A stretch of 64,000 nucleotides of DNA from Octopus vulgaris (lineage: Eukaryota). Below are positions 39,042 to 52,339 of the stretch, piece after piece. Position 1 is the stretch's first letter. Each line of letters opens with the position of its first letter. The position numbers and the translations under genes were made by a program. The DNA lies in assembly GCA_951406725.2 (NCBI GenBank), contig OX597815.1:23870001-23934000 (forward strand), in the 5' to 3' direction. Below the pieces are notes generated by a model. It was not told the origin of the DNA, ran no database searches, and saw only the letters and a program-made list of their open reading frames with translations.

Positions 39042-42000
39042 AGTACCCCAATATCAGCCATATTTTTATTTGTTGTCTTTATTTTCTTTTCTAATTTCAC
39101 TGATAATTATTTGTCTATTGATATAAATTTTCTCATGGCCTTTGTGTCAAAGTAAACATTTTGTTTGTCAAAGTTTCTCAAATTGAACATGTTTGCAGAC
39201 AAAAAGTTGATCTTTGTATTTTGAGATTATTTTATTGATAATAATAATAATTAATAATGATTTCTTTGGCAGCGAGCTGGCAGAATTGTCATCAAGTCAG
39301 GCTTGGTGACATTGCTTCAGGCCCTGTTATTAAGTAAAACAATTGGTTTTAAACCTAAGAAACCTAGAACAAGTAAATCTGAAGTTTTTAGAGACCTTAC
39401 AGTGTTCCTACTAATAATACTATTGTTTTAAACAATTTGATTGTATATTTTCTTAATTTCTTTTTACCTGTTTGGATTTTAATGAAGCAGATTTACATTT
39501 CATAATTTCCTATTCAAATTGTTTGATAAATGTTGCGTAATTAATTACTCATATTTTTGGAGTATTGTAAGGAAAAAAAAAGGCATTAATGATGATTGGT
39601 AATAAATAACATAGTAAATAACATTTGAAAGATAAGTCTTATTTTTAAAACAAATATATAATTAATGCATAGATTTGTGTTTTATTTAAGAATACCAATA
39701 AGTGATTTGTGATGAGTAATAATTAAATGTATGGTCATCGATCTACATTTATATTAATGACTCAACTGTATTTTCACTATTCTGTATTTAACGGACATAA
39801 AATGATTATATCTTTTGTATATGCCGTAGCTGCTATCTGGTCTGAATTACAAATTAGTTTTTATGAATCACTTCTAGCTGATGACTCAGTGGATGTTTTT
39901 TTATCATTTTTGTCCTGTGTTTAAATATTTCATTAATTGATACGAGTTACTTCATCTATTAAACAATCAATGACTAATTTGTTTTGTTTTTATTTTGCTT
40001 TTGATAATGAAATATGTTCATTAATTGTGAAGCAGATGCGTCACTGTCATAGATCTAACCTTTTGTATGATTTATCTTAACTAATTAGAGTTTAATGAAA
40101 TCTTTAATTAAAGCTATTTGCTCTAAATATCATTTCCATTGATTTATAAAGAAAAGGAAAACAAAAACCAAAAAAACTTTGTTCTGGAAGTTAAGTTGAA
40201 ATGTGTAAGCTAAATAGTATGTGTAAATAGACTTATGAAATAATTCTGCTTCACTATAACACAAACCACACCCATATCAGAATATAAGAAGCTAACACAA
40301 GGTTAAGTAGAACTTTTCAACATGAGCTATGGTATCATCTGAAAATTCTCTAGTTTTAATACATCTTGGCAGATCAAGTTTCTTCTACATAGCGACTATT
40401 TCAGTGGCATTGAGACTACAAAGTAGTGTAGAATCTTTTTTCCCAAGCTTCTTTTATTTGTGGTTGGCAACATTTCCTTTAAAAGTAAGGAACTTCCGTG
40501 AGAACAGATAGAATTACTGTGAATAAAGTCTAAATATTTGCAATCATTCTTTTAGTCTCCTAACATTTCATGTCAATGTAACATTAATCTTATTTTATTT
40601 TGATGGAAAGTGATAGGTATTATTTAAATGATTTTAAACTACATAATATGAGCTGTTTCTGTTATAATCTCTTAAATAGGCAGAAAATGAGAATCTTTTC
40701 TTATTTTTATTTTTTTTCCCTTTCGTAAGAATTAAATATTTAAAACTTGTAACTTTCAATAATAGAATATTATATTGTGTAAATTGTGCATTTTATCCAG
40801 GTTTGACGTCTTTTCATTTTAAATGATATAAACAAATTTTGCTTCATTGTAAAAAATTTATTGGGATTTTTCTTTTTGCTATGTGTTTCGTTTGAGATTA
40901 CTTCTTAAAGCTGATATTTGTTTCTTGGTTACATGTTCAGTGATTTTTAGCATACACTTCCTTGAATTATTTCCACATTGATTTCATTTAACTAGGCATG
41001 GTGCTAATATTTATGGGAAGTGAGGCTATAGGCATTTGATAAATTATTAGTAACTACAGAGAGATGTCAAAGGCTAACATGATAGGCAAAAAAGTATTTC
41101 TGTCAATTCTTTTATTGCTGCTACACAAAACCCAGTAAATTTTATAATGAGCAATTTTTTTATTAGGTCTTCAAAAGATGTTTCAATATCTAATTGTTAG
41201 CATATCATAGTTTATTATTTTAGGACACTGTCTCTTAGTTACAATATTCCTATACTTCTTAGGTAGTTATTGGCAAACTTTTCTTGGAACAGATCAGACT
41301 GAAGATGTTCCTTTATCTTTCTATCCAAAATGCATAAAAAATGAAATGATTATTCAAGGCTAAAAAGACAGCTTCTATTTAATTTTTTTTAAAAATTGCC
41401 TGTTCTAAACATTTAACGATGTAAAAATTTTTATGTGCCATGTGTAATACAACATGCAGTGAAGGACTAAATTGTAATTAGGCTGAGTGAGAATGATTAC
41501 AACTTTGAGGTAGAAGTGACTTGAGCCAGTTTACCCACTTGCCTTTACAAACAAGCATTTTTTTGTCATTTTCCTTTCTTAGAATGAATTGTGTATGATA
41601 TATTGCACTGTAGTTCTGTTCATTTAGGAAGGTAAAAACATTTGCTGCTTTTAAGCAGCAGGAACTTTGATAATTTTACCAAATGAAGGAATCCTTTTTC
41701 ATTGTTTGTCAGCAAACAATAAAGAGAACAAAATATTTCGTTTGCAGTGTCATATATTCAATAAAATTGGTGTGCTGGGTGAAATGAGGTTGCAGGCTAA
41801 ATTTGACCTGACAGCCTTTGCTTTGAGATAATGTCATATCGATTCCTTATTTATAGTTATTCCTAACTGAATGAAATCTTAAAACTTTGTGTATGAGATT
41901 GGGTTAAAAAAACAAAAAAAAAAAAGACAAGATGGAAGTAAAGAAATTAAACTATGACAGTAAGCTGTATATTCTTCTTTACTGCATAACATATCTAAAG

Positions 42001-42466
42001 AGTTCTTGTTTATTTGTACTTCTCTATCTCAACAAAATTGGGTTAGGGTCATGGTTAGTGTCGACATAGTGTTAAATTAGCATTTATTGTAATTTCAGTG
42101 TTTGTATATTGTGAAATAATTGCAAGGGTTTGTGTTTCAGTCATTAGTTTATCCCATTTGTCTAATTGCTAATTTTGTTTGCTTATTTCTATTCAGTATT
42201 ATCTTTATATTTTGATAAAATGGGAGTCATATATTTGAAATAGTGTGTGAATTAACTGACTTTATGCATTGACTAGGTTAATTCATTAAAAATCTGAATA
42301 TAAGAGTTGTAAATTATTTTGTTTCCAGAAAGCAATATCTCAGGTGGCCTTTTCACATAAATTATGTTGCTTGCTTATGTAGAAGCCTCATCGCTGTTGG
42401 ATTAGGTGCTAGAACCACATGTTCCAAATCATATTTTATAACATACTGTCTAGAATTATACCTTAA

Positions 42467-42688
42467 CTCTTTAGTGTTTAAACTGGCCAAATCCGGCCCA
42501 ATATATTCTACATATTCTATATTCAAACTGGACATATCTAGCCTCTCCACTCCTAACCTTTATTGACAATCTAAAAATAAGCAATCACATCATTGAAACC
42601 TCAACACTATAAGCTAATGCATGATTAATTCAAAACAATTTAAATAAAAAAGCATTACATTTAACAGAGTAATCTGAACACTAGAGGG
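42467..42688. mobile_element. piggyBac-type MITE family A
   Basis: TTAA-ctctttagtg...ctagaggg-TTAA with the shared internal sequence. Confidence 0.85.
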
Positions 42689-43169
42689 TTAAATACAAAC
42701 TGGACATTTTAAAACTCAATATATCAAATTTAAATGTGTGGCAGTAACTTGTTAGCAGAATACTAATGAGTTCAGTACTTCACTTACTCAAATATAATAT
42801 TGTCAGAGGCCAGGTAGTCGTAAATTGGCAATAGATTAATTATGCCTACAACCCAAGAAAAAGAAACATCCTTGTAACAAAACTTTGTGTGGTTTCTATC
42901 TACCAAATGTCACTTGCAAGGTTATGTGAACCAAAGGGGTTTTTTTCTTATGTGTTTGATATTTGGCCCATACAGTTTCAGGTCATTGATATTTGGCCCA
43001 TACAGGTTAGGTCAAAGAAAAGTTGGGAGATATTTCTGGATCCATTTCTATGACTTATATGTTCTGTTAGTAGGCATGATAGTGGGTTTAATGAAAGGAT
43101 CAAGAGCCACACTAATAGGCTATCACCCTGAAACATGCTTTTTTGTTAGTGAATGCTGACTCAATTTGG

Positions 43170-44420
43170 TCAGGTGTTCAGTAGCACTCGCTAGTGATTG
43201 TAGGACTTTAATTGTATAATCCACCCATGCGATATACTATCAAAAGCCTTCTTGTAGTCCAGCCATGCTACAGTTAAGTTCCTGTTATTTTTTTATTGTT
43301 TTTTCCTGGATCATTTTGTTAATTAGTAGCTGCTATATGCAGCTCCACACCTTCTTTCCTCCAGTTTGCTCAGGTATTCTAATATTGATGGTACAGTGAC
43401 CCTACAAGAACAGATTGAGGCACCTAATGTATAGCTTGTACATGATGTTCTAGCAGGCCATGGGGCAGTAAATTTTAACAAGAGTGGTTTGGCTATTTTG
43501 GGGAATGAGGAGAGTAGTTGAGGTTGATAACCATTGGGGGCAGTTCTTGTTTGCCCTTGATAGTTTCTCCATACAGCCATATGAGATCTTGCCAATAAAA
43601 GGTGAAATTCTTCAGACAGTAGCCTGTTATGAGATTTGGATTTGGAAATTTCCTGTTTGACATGTCCTGTAGAACTGTTTACAATATTTTACCATCTATT
43701 TTATCTAGCTTTTGCTGGACACGCTGGCAGTTGTGTTCCAGTTCTTTTAGCCGTATAGTTTGTTTGTTGAACTCCATTTGTTTCTCGTCCAGATCTCCAG
43801 TAGCTTTCAACCTGATCTTTTGTAGGTGTGTCTTTTACAGAGATTGAGCCTTTTGCATTGAAGCTATGATAAACTGATTTGGGATCTCTGGCAAATAATT
43901 TATTGAACATTTATCATGTATAAGCTCTCGATCTATATTTTAGCTTTTCAGCTGTTTTGTAGATGAGTTGTTTCAGCTGGTGCAGTTTGGAGTTTAGGTT
44001 ACTACCAAACAGCCTCTATAGTTTTTTTCCTGAAGTCTTTCAATGTGTGTTGTTGTTTGTGTTACATTTCATAACTACAATGACCTGTGAGATACTTTTG
44101 TGCAAAATTTAAAATTTTATTTTTAAGTTATGTGCCCGTGCTGGTTCAGGCTTTCTGATTGCATGGCTCCAGCTTTCTAGATTGCATGGCTTCAGATTTT
44201 TGTGATATGCTAATAATGTAATAGCTGAGACATATATCAAAAGTTAATGCTTTCATAGGTTATTTTCATACCTCCTCTAGACTGTGTGGTCTTCAGATAT
44301 TTGTTTGCTATTTTGTTTACTGCCTCTAATTCTAATTTACTGGGTTCTTTGCTAATTCTGGTGTTGTATGGCCTGTCATTCAAATTAAGGTTGTGGACCT
44401 GTTGAAACATATCCCAGATT
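43170..44420 (-). mobile_element. Degenerate R4/Dong-like (REL-type) non-LTR retrotransposon RT fragment
   Basis: RNLTVAWLDYKKAFDSISHGWI; upstream NKLFARDPKSVY..PTKDQVESYW typical of R4/Dong N-RT region. Confidence 0.7.
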
Positions 44421-45429
44421 ACTTGTAAGATGCTTACAAGATTTTGGTGTTCTGTTTGTACAGTATAGTTATGAATTTCAGCTAAATTGTTGGTGTATTG
44501 TTTACTGCTAGAATTAGCTGACTGTTCTGTCTGTCCATCAGTGGAAGTGAAATGATTATCTTCAGTGGCTGGCTTTATAATGCCAGCCTGCTTTGTATCA
44601 AGTTACATCTTATGATATATTTTGCTTGTTCATTTAAATGCTTTATGGGAAAATCTAACTCTGCATAAAACAGAACTTCTGGGGGGGGATAAGATTGTAT
44701 ATATGCTTCACTGTAGTCACCATTTGGTCAAAGAAGACTTATATGTTTAGCCATGAAGATTTGGTCTATTTGTATTTGTTTTTCAAAATGTATGTGTGTC
44801 TGTGTGTGTATTTTTACGTTTATATTTTTGTTGCTGTATATAAATGTAAGTATATATTTATAAATATGTGCATGCATGAATATTCTCATATAAGATAATA
44901 AGGTAATTAATTAATCTATAGTCGATGCAACTTCTTACAAAAATCTAGGGCTAATGCAAGGGAGATAACAATTATGATATTCTTATAAGTCACTTTCCAT
45001 GATCGATGTATTTATGTGTAGCTTCATATATCCCTATCCGAAATGGAGACAAACACCAACACTTTCATGTGGCATGCTTCAACAATTGAGATCACCTCAC
45101 TGGAAACCACTGGTTTCCCTGTTAACCCACAAATATTTATCCCCCAATACAGTATTGAGTACTCATTCTGACTGTTCAATATTAGCATATATATATATAT
45201 ATATATATATAAATAGTTTGGTATATTCCATTAGGAATGTGGTAGAGAACAGTATAAAGCTTGTCCACCTTTAGAATTTCCCACTACTATCTAGTAGTAT
45301 TATTATATATACTTCCAAGTTTATGTTTGGGCATTTGTCATGTGTGAATATAAAATTGAATAAATTGATGTCAACAAGGAGTATGGTTGAACAGTTATTT
45401 TTTTTAATCACTGCAATTGTTTCGACACA

Positions 45430-46115
45430 AGTGCTTCATTGTAGTACGGTGCATGTGTGTAAATATTTCTTCTGTAGCTGATAGTCGTGATATTCTGGTG
45501 GCTATGTTCTTAACTATTCCTTTGGTTATGGATGGTGGATGATTGGACTTTACATTTATCTATCTTAGGCACTTTTTTGGCCTGTGATATGGTTTGCACA
45601 GGCCTGTTTCTAAGTTAAAGGTTGCATTTAGGAAGTTTACCTTACGATAATGACAGTTTATGGTTATAGAAAGGCCAAAATTTCTAAATAATATAAATAA
45701 TTTATAGAGTTTTTTCTATATCTTTCTATTTCTACTTTAGTACAGTTTTTGATTAGGTAAAGGGCATTGTCCCTGTATAGCCCCCTACCCCATTATTTGT
45801 GGGAATTCAGATTTGATGTGGAATAAGAGGTAGATTTCAATGCTATCCATTACCTGAGCTGAGTCGTTCGATCCCATTGTTATATCAAAAGAATTAGCTC
45901 TATTTGGTCTAGTCCATTACTTATCGTAAATAATAATGGTTTGATGAGCTGTTAATATCATGTCTACATCTGACTTAGATAAGCTAGAATTTTTCATTGC
46001 GAATATGAGTACTTTATTTAGTATTATAGGGTTAATTGTGGAGTAGTAGCTAACCATATCTAATTGTATAAATTTGGAATTTTTTGTTTTTTCTGTTTTC
46101 ATAAACCATCATGTA
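45430..46115 (-). mobile_element. Penelope-like element, RT segment (inverted)
   Basis: FIQLDMVSYYSTI, SFDITMGSNDSAQ, GLYRDN, VNFLNATFNL, KSNHPPSI..RISRLS..EEIF, YYNEAL. Confidence 0.82.
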
Positions 46116-46124
46116 ACCTTCTAA

Positions 46125-46975
46125 GTGTGCAACCATAAGGAAAGACCAATCTTAATTTTATGGTGTAATCCAATTTTCAGACTGCAAATATCATCCAAGT
46201 TAGGAAAACAATTCCCTAAATACCATTGTATATTCAACAAGCATACAGTGAAAATATCATATGCAACATCTAACAACATGGAATACTGCATACGTAAATA
46301 CAACAATAGGAAAATAAACATGCTAACAACATCTGCAGACAATGAACAAACAAATCAAAACAACACAGGATATAGGACCAGTAACAAAAGCAAACAAAAC
46401 AAAGATCACAAAAAGGATAACGTACATGACAGTTGCAAAGATCAAAGCAAAAACTCAAAAAAAAAAATACAACATCAGGAACGCTTCAGACACAGACAAT
46501 CAGACAGGACATTTCAAAAACAAAAACAAGTCATCAGATAGATATGAAAATAATAATAGTACAAATAACTGCACCTGCTGCAGGAAATCTGCATGTCCAC
46601 TCATGAACTAATGTGTCCTAAAAAACACAATATGCAAATGCACAATCACCATACCAGAATACAAATATACATACGTGCCTCTAAAAACCAATTTAACGTT
46701 AGTTATCCCCACCATATCTCCTCATTCTGAAAGGTAAACAGACGACATGCAACTTCACTAGCAGACCTAATATGGAGATTGAAGGAAGGAAAAATTAAAT
46801 ACCAAACGGAATGGTCTATAATAAAAAAAAAAAATGCACACCCATACAATATGCTGTCTAGTACATGTGATCTTTGCCTTGAGGAAGCCTTATGCATCCT
46901 GCTGAGTAATGAAAACTTGGTAAAATAAGCATGCTGAGAAAATCCCAAGATGTTCCCACCATGCCAAACATGCAT
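46125..46975 (+). mobile_element. Penelope-like element, linker + GIY-YIG endonuclease segment
   Basis: ILWCNP..IFNKHTVKISY, CTCCRKSACPL..C, HATSLADLIWRLKE..EWSII, CDLCLEE; stops and frameshifts. Confidence 0.82.
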
Positions 46976-47073
46976 TCTCAAGATTAGACACTGTGAAATA
47001 ATAATAATTCAGGGAGTTCCCCCACTCCCCTTTTTTCAACCCTACCTAAATATACATGTTTGTCTGTCTGCAC

Positions 47074-47076
<3 letters not shown>

Positions 47077-47162
<86 letters not shown>
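47077..47162. repeat. Compound (CT)n(AT)n microsatellite
   Basis: Direct reading. Confidence 0.95.
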
Positions 47163-47164
<2 letters not shown>

Positions 47165-48016
47165 CCATCCCTAGACCCAGCACTGTCAAATAATATTATG
47201 AATAATAACTAATGATAATTCAGTAAACTCCCCCACCAAAAAACGTGTACATGTGTCAGATTGTTCTGATCTCCCTATTTATATGAACAAGTGCCCACCC
47301 TCTTGTCTACAGTTCATGAAAGTATCTACTTGTTTGTGTAGATATATATGTGTATGTATATATTTTGTATTTATGCATGTGTGTATATACATACATATGT
47401 ATATGAATGTATTTGTATGTGAGCATATGTGTATTTGTATCTATATATAAATGCATGTGGATATATGTGCATGCACACAGGCATGTGTGTGAGTGGGAGA
47501 ACATGGGTGTACGTATATTAATATATGTATATGTGTATGCACTTATATATGAATGTATGTATATGTGTGTGTATGTATGTATGTGTGTATATAGGCATAT
47601 ATACATGTTTGTGTGTGGGAGTGTATGTGTGAGCCTGTATATGTGTGTATGTATCAGACCACTGAATACTAAAGATCAGCTAAAGAAATCCACATATGTA
47701 GCCAACCATGAAGAACAGATCAGTGATACAACCAAATGAAATACCTATCTTATTCAAATGCTAACCAGTACCAAAATAACCATTTATCATTCACAGCAGT
47801 CCACCAAACACTCTGGCAGCACACACCATGAGTCTATCAGCTACTACTAAATTCAAACCACAACGCACGTAGGGGATAGCCTTGAAGTCAACAATTTTAA
47901 ACTAATGGAGGCAACACTTGCATATCTCCTGAGGAAACACAACTAGATCTCATTATGCAAACAAATGGTTACATGATCAGTTACCTGTATTCTTGGAGAA
48001 CTACGTTGCATTGAAA

Positions 48017-48434
48017 CATCATCATCATCATCATCATCATCGTTTAACGTCCGCTTTCCATGCTAGCATGGGTTGGACGGTTCAACTGGGGTCTGGGAAG
48101 CCCGAAGGCTGCACCAGGCCAGTCAGATGTGGCAGTGTTTCTACAGCTGGATGCCCTTCCTAACGCCAACCACTCCGAGAGTGTAGTGGGTGATTTTATG
48201 TGCCACCGACACAGGTGCCAGACGAGGCTGGCAAACGGCCACGCTCGGATGGTGTTTTTTATGTGCCACCGACACAGGTGCCAGACGAGGCTGGCAGACG
48301 GCCACGCTCGGATGGTGTTTTTTATGTGCCACCGACACAGGTGCCAGACGAGGCTGGCAGACGGCCACGCTCGGATGGTGTTTTTTATGTGCCACCGACA
48401 CAGGTGCCAGACGAGGCTGGCAGACGGCCACGCT
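48017..48434 (-). mobile_element. Young RTE 3' UTR copy with ~4 near-identical 63-bp modules
   Basis: (CAT)n tail and core motif; tgccacc at 48201, 48264, 48327 and 48390. Confidence 0.9.
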
Positions 48435-48491
48435 CTAAAAATAACTGTCCAACCATATTCGTTCTTGTTGACTCCAGCTCCTCTGATTATA

Positions 48492-48529
<38 letters not shown>

Positions 48530-48531
<2 letters not shown>

Positions 48532-48708
48532 GGAGTGCTGGCTGTGTGGTAAGTACAGGTGTAGGAGTGACTGTGTGGTAAGTAGCTTGCTTATGAACCA
48601 CATGATTCTGGGTTCAGTCCCACTGCGTGGCACTTTGGGCAAGTGTCTTCTACTATAGCCTCAGGCCAACCAAAGCCTTGTGAGTGGATTTAGTGAAAGA
48701 AGCCCATC

Positions 48709-48749
<41 letters not shown>

Positions 48750-48943
48750 CGTTTGTTCCCCCAACATCGCTTGACAAGCGATGGTGGTGTGTTTATGTCC
48801 CCGTAACTTAGCGGTTTGGCAAAAGAGATTGATAGAATAAGTACTAGGCTTACAAAGAATAAGTCCTGGAGTCGATTTGCTTGACTAAAGGCGGTGCTCC
48901 AGCATGGCCACAGTTAAATGACTGCAACAAATAAGAGTAAAAG
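48530..48943 (+). mobile_element. tRNA/CORE-type SINE with duplicated 5' head
   Basis: ggctgtgtggtaagta occurs twice at the start; rest matches 35054-35482. Confidence 0.88.
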
Positions 48944-49052
48944 AGTATATATATATATAATTTGTGTATGTGTGTGTATATATGTAACTGTATAATATAT
49001 AGTAATAGTTTTTCTCCAGTTTGAAGCGACAGTTTTTAAATAGAAACAAATG

Positions 49053-49910
49053 ACTGAAAATTGATGAGCTAACCCTAGCCAGAATCAAACCCACAAATCA
49101 ACGCTAACACAGCTCCTTGTGCATCTGATAGGGCCAAATGCTCACCCATCAGTTTCAGCCAAATTTAGTTAATATATACTTAAACTGTCTAATACTATAA
49201 TATTTGTAAACAAGGCGCAGGAGTGGCTGTGTGGTAAGTAGCTTGCTTACCAACTACATGGTTCCGGGTTCAGTCCCACTGTGTGGCATCTTGGGCAAGT
49301 GTCTTCTACTATAGCCCCGCGCCAACCAATGCCTTGTGAGTGGATTTGGTAGACGGAAACTGAAAGAAGCCTGTCGTATATATGTATATATATGTGTTTG
49401 TGTGTGTGTGTTTATCCCCCTAGCATTGCTTGACAACCGATGCTGGTGTGTTTACGTCCCCGTTACTTAACGGTTCGGCAAAAGAGAACAATAGAATAAG
49501 TACTGGGCTTACAAAGAATAAGTCCCGGGGTCGATTTGCTCAACTAAAGGCGGTGCTCCAGCATGGCCGCAGTCAAATGACTGAAACAAGTGAAAGGGTA
49601 AAAGAGTAAACCTGAAAAGCTTTGTAAATTATGGAGAGAAAGCTACTATGGAAGACTCATAGTATAATGATGACTGTATATTTCTATATCATAATATTTT
49701 ACTCTTCATAGTAGCTTTCTCTCTCCATAATTTACAAAGCCTTTCAGGTTTGTTTACAAATATTATATGGAGTATTAGACAAAGTATATATTAACTAAAT
49801 TTGGCTGAAATTGATGGGTGAGTGTTTGGCCCAATCGGATTCACAAGGAACCGTGTTAGTGTTGATTTGTGGGTTTGATTCTGGCTGGGGTTAGCTTATC
49901 ATTTTACAGT
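49053..49910. mobile_element. Foldback/palindromic MITE-like element interrupted by a SINE
   Basis: 49053-49212 plus 49608-49650 is the reverse complement of 49703-49910 (gagctaaccctagccagaatcaaacccacaaatcaac / gttgatttgtgggtttgattctggctggggttagctt). Confidence 0.8.
49213..49607 (+). mobile_element. Full-length tRNA/CORE-type SINE inserted in the foldback
   Basis: ggcgcaggagtggctgtgtggtaag ... cagtcaaatgactgaaacaag; its removal restores the arm tatttgtaaacaaacctgaaa. Confidence 0.9.
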
Positions 49911-50016
49911 GTGTATATATATGTGTGTGTGTGTATATATATATATTTTCAAAATGTGGCCGCGTGTGTACCGTTGGTGATTTTTTTCCCTCTTTCTTCC
50001 CTTCTCTGGATCTTTA

Positions 50017-50170
50017 AATATATATGTATGTGTGTGTATGGGTATAAATATATATGTATGTGTGTGTATGGGTATAAATATATATGTATGTGTGTGTATG
50101 TGTATAAATATATATATGTGTGTGTGTGTATAAATATATATGTGTGTGTGTGTGTATATAATATATATAT
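50017..50170. repeat. ~30-bp TA/TG-derived minisatellite
   Basis: aaatatatatgtatgtgtgtgtatgggtat repeated with decay. Confidence 0.8.
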
Positions 50171-50358
50171 ATATGTGTGTGTATGCATAGGTATATCTGA
50201 CTATATACTATTGAACTTCTGTTTACAAATGCCTCTCATCATAAATAATTTGGTTTACGAATAATTCCTTGAGCATGAAACTTCTTCAGCTAGTGAACAG
50301 AATCTCAAATAATGAACATTGAAGCCGGCAACAGCCATTGGCAACAAGCTGGGAGTAT

Positions 50359-50461
<103 letters not shown>

Positions 50462-50736
50462 TTAAATCCGTAAACCAAGCATTGACTTTATATAAATACA
50501 CACACACACATGTATGTATGCATGCATGTGTGTGTATGTGTGTATATATATATATACATATGTGTGTTTATACAGATAGACATATGTATACGCATATATA
50601 CATATGTATATATAAACACATGTGTCTACATACACATGTACATTTGTATATGTGTGTATTTATATATGAATTTATGAGTATGTGAGTATATATATGTATA
50701 TATATATATATATTATATATATACATGTGTATATGT

Positions 50737-51060
50737 ACAGGTTGGCCCAATAATTCCTTGACCATTTCAAAATATAATAATCCTTTTTTGTATTCAATAT
50801 TCACAGTCTTTTATAAACAATAAATACACTTCTTGGGAAACATTTTTAGTTAGTTTTGAAAATTATGTCCCTTTAAATAACCATCATTTCATTCTTGATA
50901 ATGTTGAGCTCTTTCTAAAGATTTTCCATCACCATTTCTAATATTTCTTGGTTTATTCCTTCAATTTCTTTTCCTTAAATTGCTGGATGGTCTGAAGTTT
51001 GTTATGGTATACTGTGTCTTTCAGATATTCTCACAAGAAAAAGGCTGGAGGAGTTTCTTG
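50737..51060 (-). mobile_element. Tc1/mariner transposase 3' relic with one terminal repeat
   Basis: Minus strand FFL*EYLKDTVYHNK.QTIQQ.KE..EI (DFFLWGYLK-type motif); TA-CAGG end at 50737. Confidence 0.6.
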
Positions 51061-51143
51061 ATCTGTGCTGCATACACTAATTGTACCTGATAATGTACAC
51101 ATACACATGTATTACACACACACACACGCACATATATATATAT

Positions 51144-51440
51144 CATCATCATCATCATTTAACATCCGTTTTCCATGCTAGCATGGGTTGGACAATTTGA
51201 CTGGCAAACCAGATGGCTGCACCAGGCCCCAATCTGATCTGGCAGAGTTTCTACAGATGGATGCCTTTCCTAACTCCAACCACTCCGAGAGTATAGTGGG
51301 TGCTTTTATGTGCCACCTGCACAGGAGCCAGTAAAACGACGCTGGTAACGATCACACTCGAATGGTGATCTGGCAACGATCATGCTCGGATGGTGCTCTT
51401 AGCGCTCCACTAGCATGGATGCCAGTCATCGAATTTAATT
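51144..51440 (-). mobile_element. RTE 3' UTR copy
   Basis: (CAT)n tail, core, one intact module ggtgcttttatgtgccacctgcaca. Confidence 0.8.
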
Positions 51441-52089
51441 TTCATCGAAATATATATATATATATGTACTCTTTTCCTGATATGTGATTGGTACTATAGT
51501 GTTGGAGGGCACTTATATTTTGCAGAGGGTATGCAAATGTTTAGATTTGAAATAGTTAGTGTCTCCAAAGAGAAAGCTTTACCTCTAAGGGTAGTTTTGT
51601 GGCGGAATTCCAACCACGTTTTGTGGTTCGCTACCTTAACAGCTCCTTTATGGCTAAAGACATCATCAGGAGGAACCACATCTGGTTTCAGCCTCTACTC
51701 CTCCACCGTTTTCGATGTGGTGGGGCCGCCCCTCCCTTTCAGAGCTGTCTTCAGCCCTGGTGTTTAGTGCATTTTTTTCTTTCTCCTTTTTCCTTTGGCT
51801 TTTTGTTCTTTGGTTTCTTCAATGCAGTGTCAACAAATGTCATCTTGCCAAATTTCCCTTTAAATACTCATCGGTAGGCTCCAGCAGCCAGCACCAGCTA
51901 ACTGTCACGTAACACTATCTAAGCTTCAACTGACCAACGGAGGGGAAGGACATGTAGTTTTGGCCCTGGCCCTCTCTAAACCTGTAGTGTTAGTTTCAGT
52001 TCCAGCAGCCAGAGCTGACTAGCTGGCTTGTGGTACAAGCCTTCAAACTAGCAGATATTTGTTTGCCATAAGCATGTAGTTTTTGTCCA

Positions 52090-52310
52090 ATGATTGAAGG
52101 GTGCCCTTAAATGGGCTGGTTGTACAGCACTAGCATAGGCCATGGTTATGGTCTCACTTGGCTTGCTGGGTCTTCTCAAGCACTGCATATCTTCAAAGGT
52201 TCCAGTCACTTGCCATTGCCTAGGTGAGGCCTAATGTTCAAAGGTCTTGCTTCACCACCTCATCCCAGGTTTTCCTGGGTCTACCCCTTCCACAGGTTCC
52301 CTCAACTGCT
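52090..52310 (-). mobile_element. RTE LINE ORF C-terminal fragment
   Basis: Minus strand GTCGRGRPRKTWDEVVKQDL..RYAVLEKT. Confidence 0.8.
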
Positions 52311-52339
52311 AGTTATATATGTATTTATTTATTTATGTA

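Noticed and set aside
46975-47300. Hammerhead ribozyme expected near Penelope ends
   Set aside because: No convincing CTGANGA...GAAA core with flanking stems found by eye.
48044-48601. Overlapping 100-185-aa ORFs with 21-aa repeats
   Set aside because: Artefact of the 63-bp (multiple of 3) tandem unit; open on both strands, no coding signature.
51480-52060. GC-richer segment with several short ORFs
   Set aside because: No recognisable motif; may be a retroelement 5' region but unsupported.
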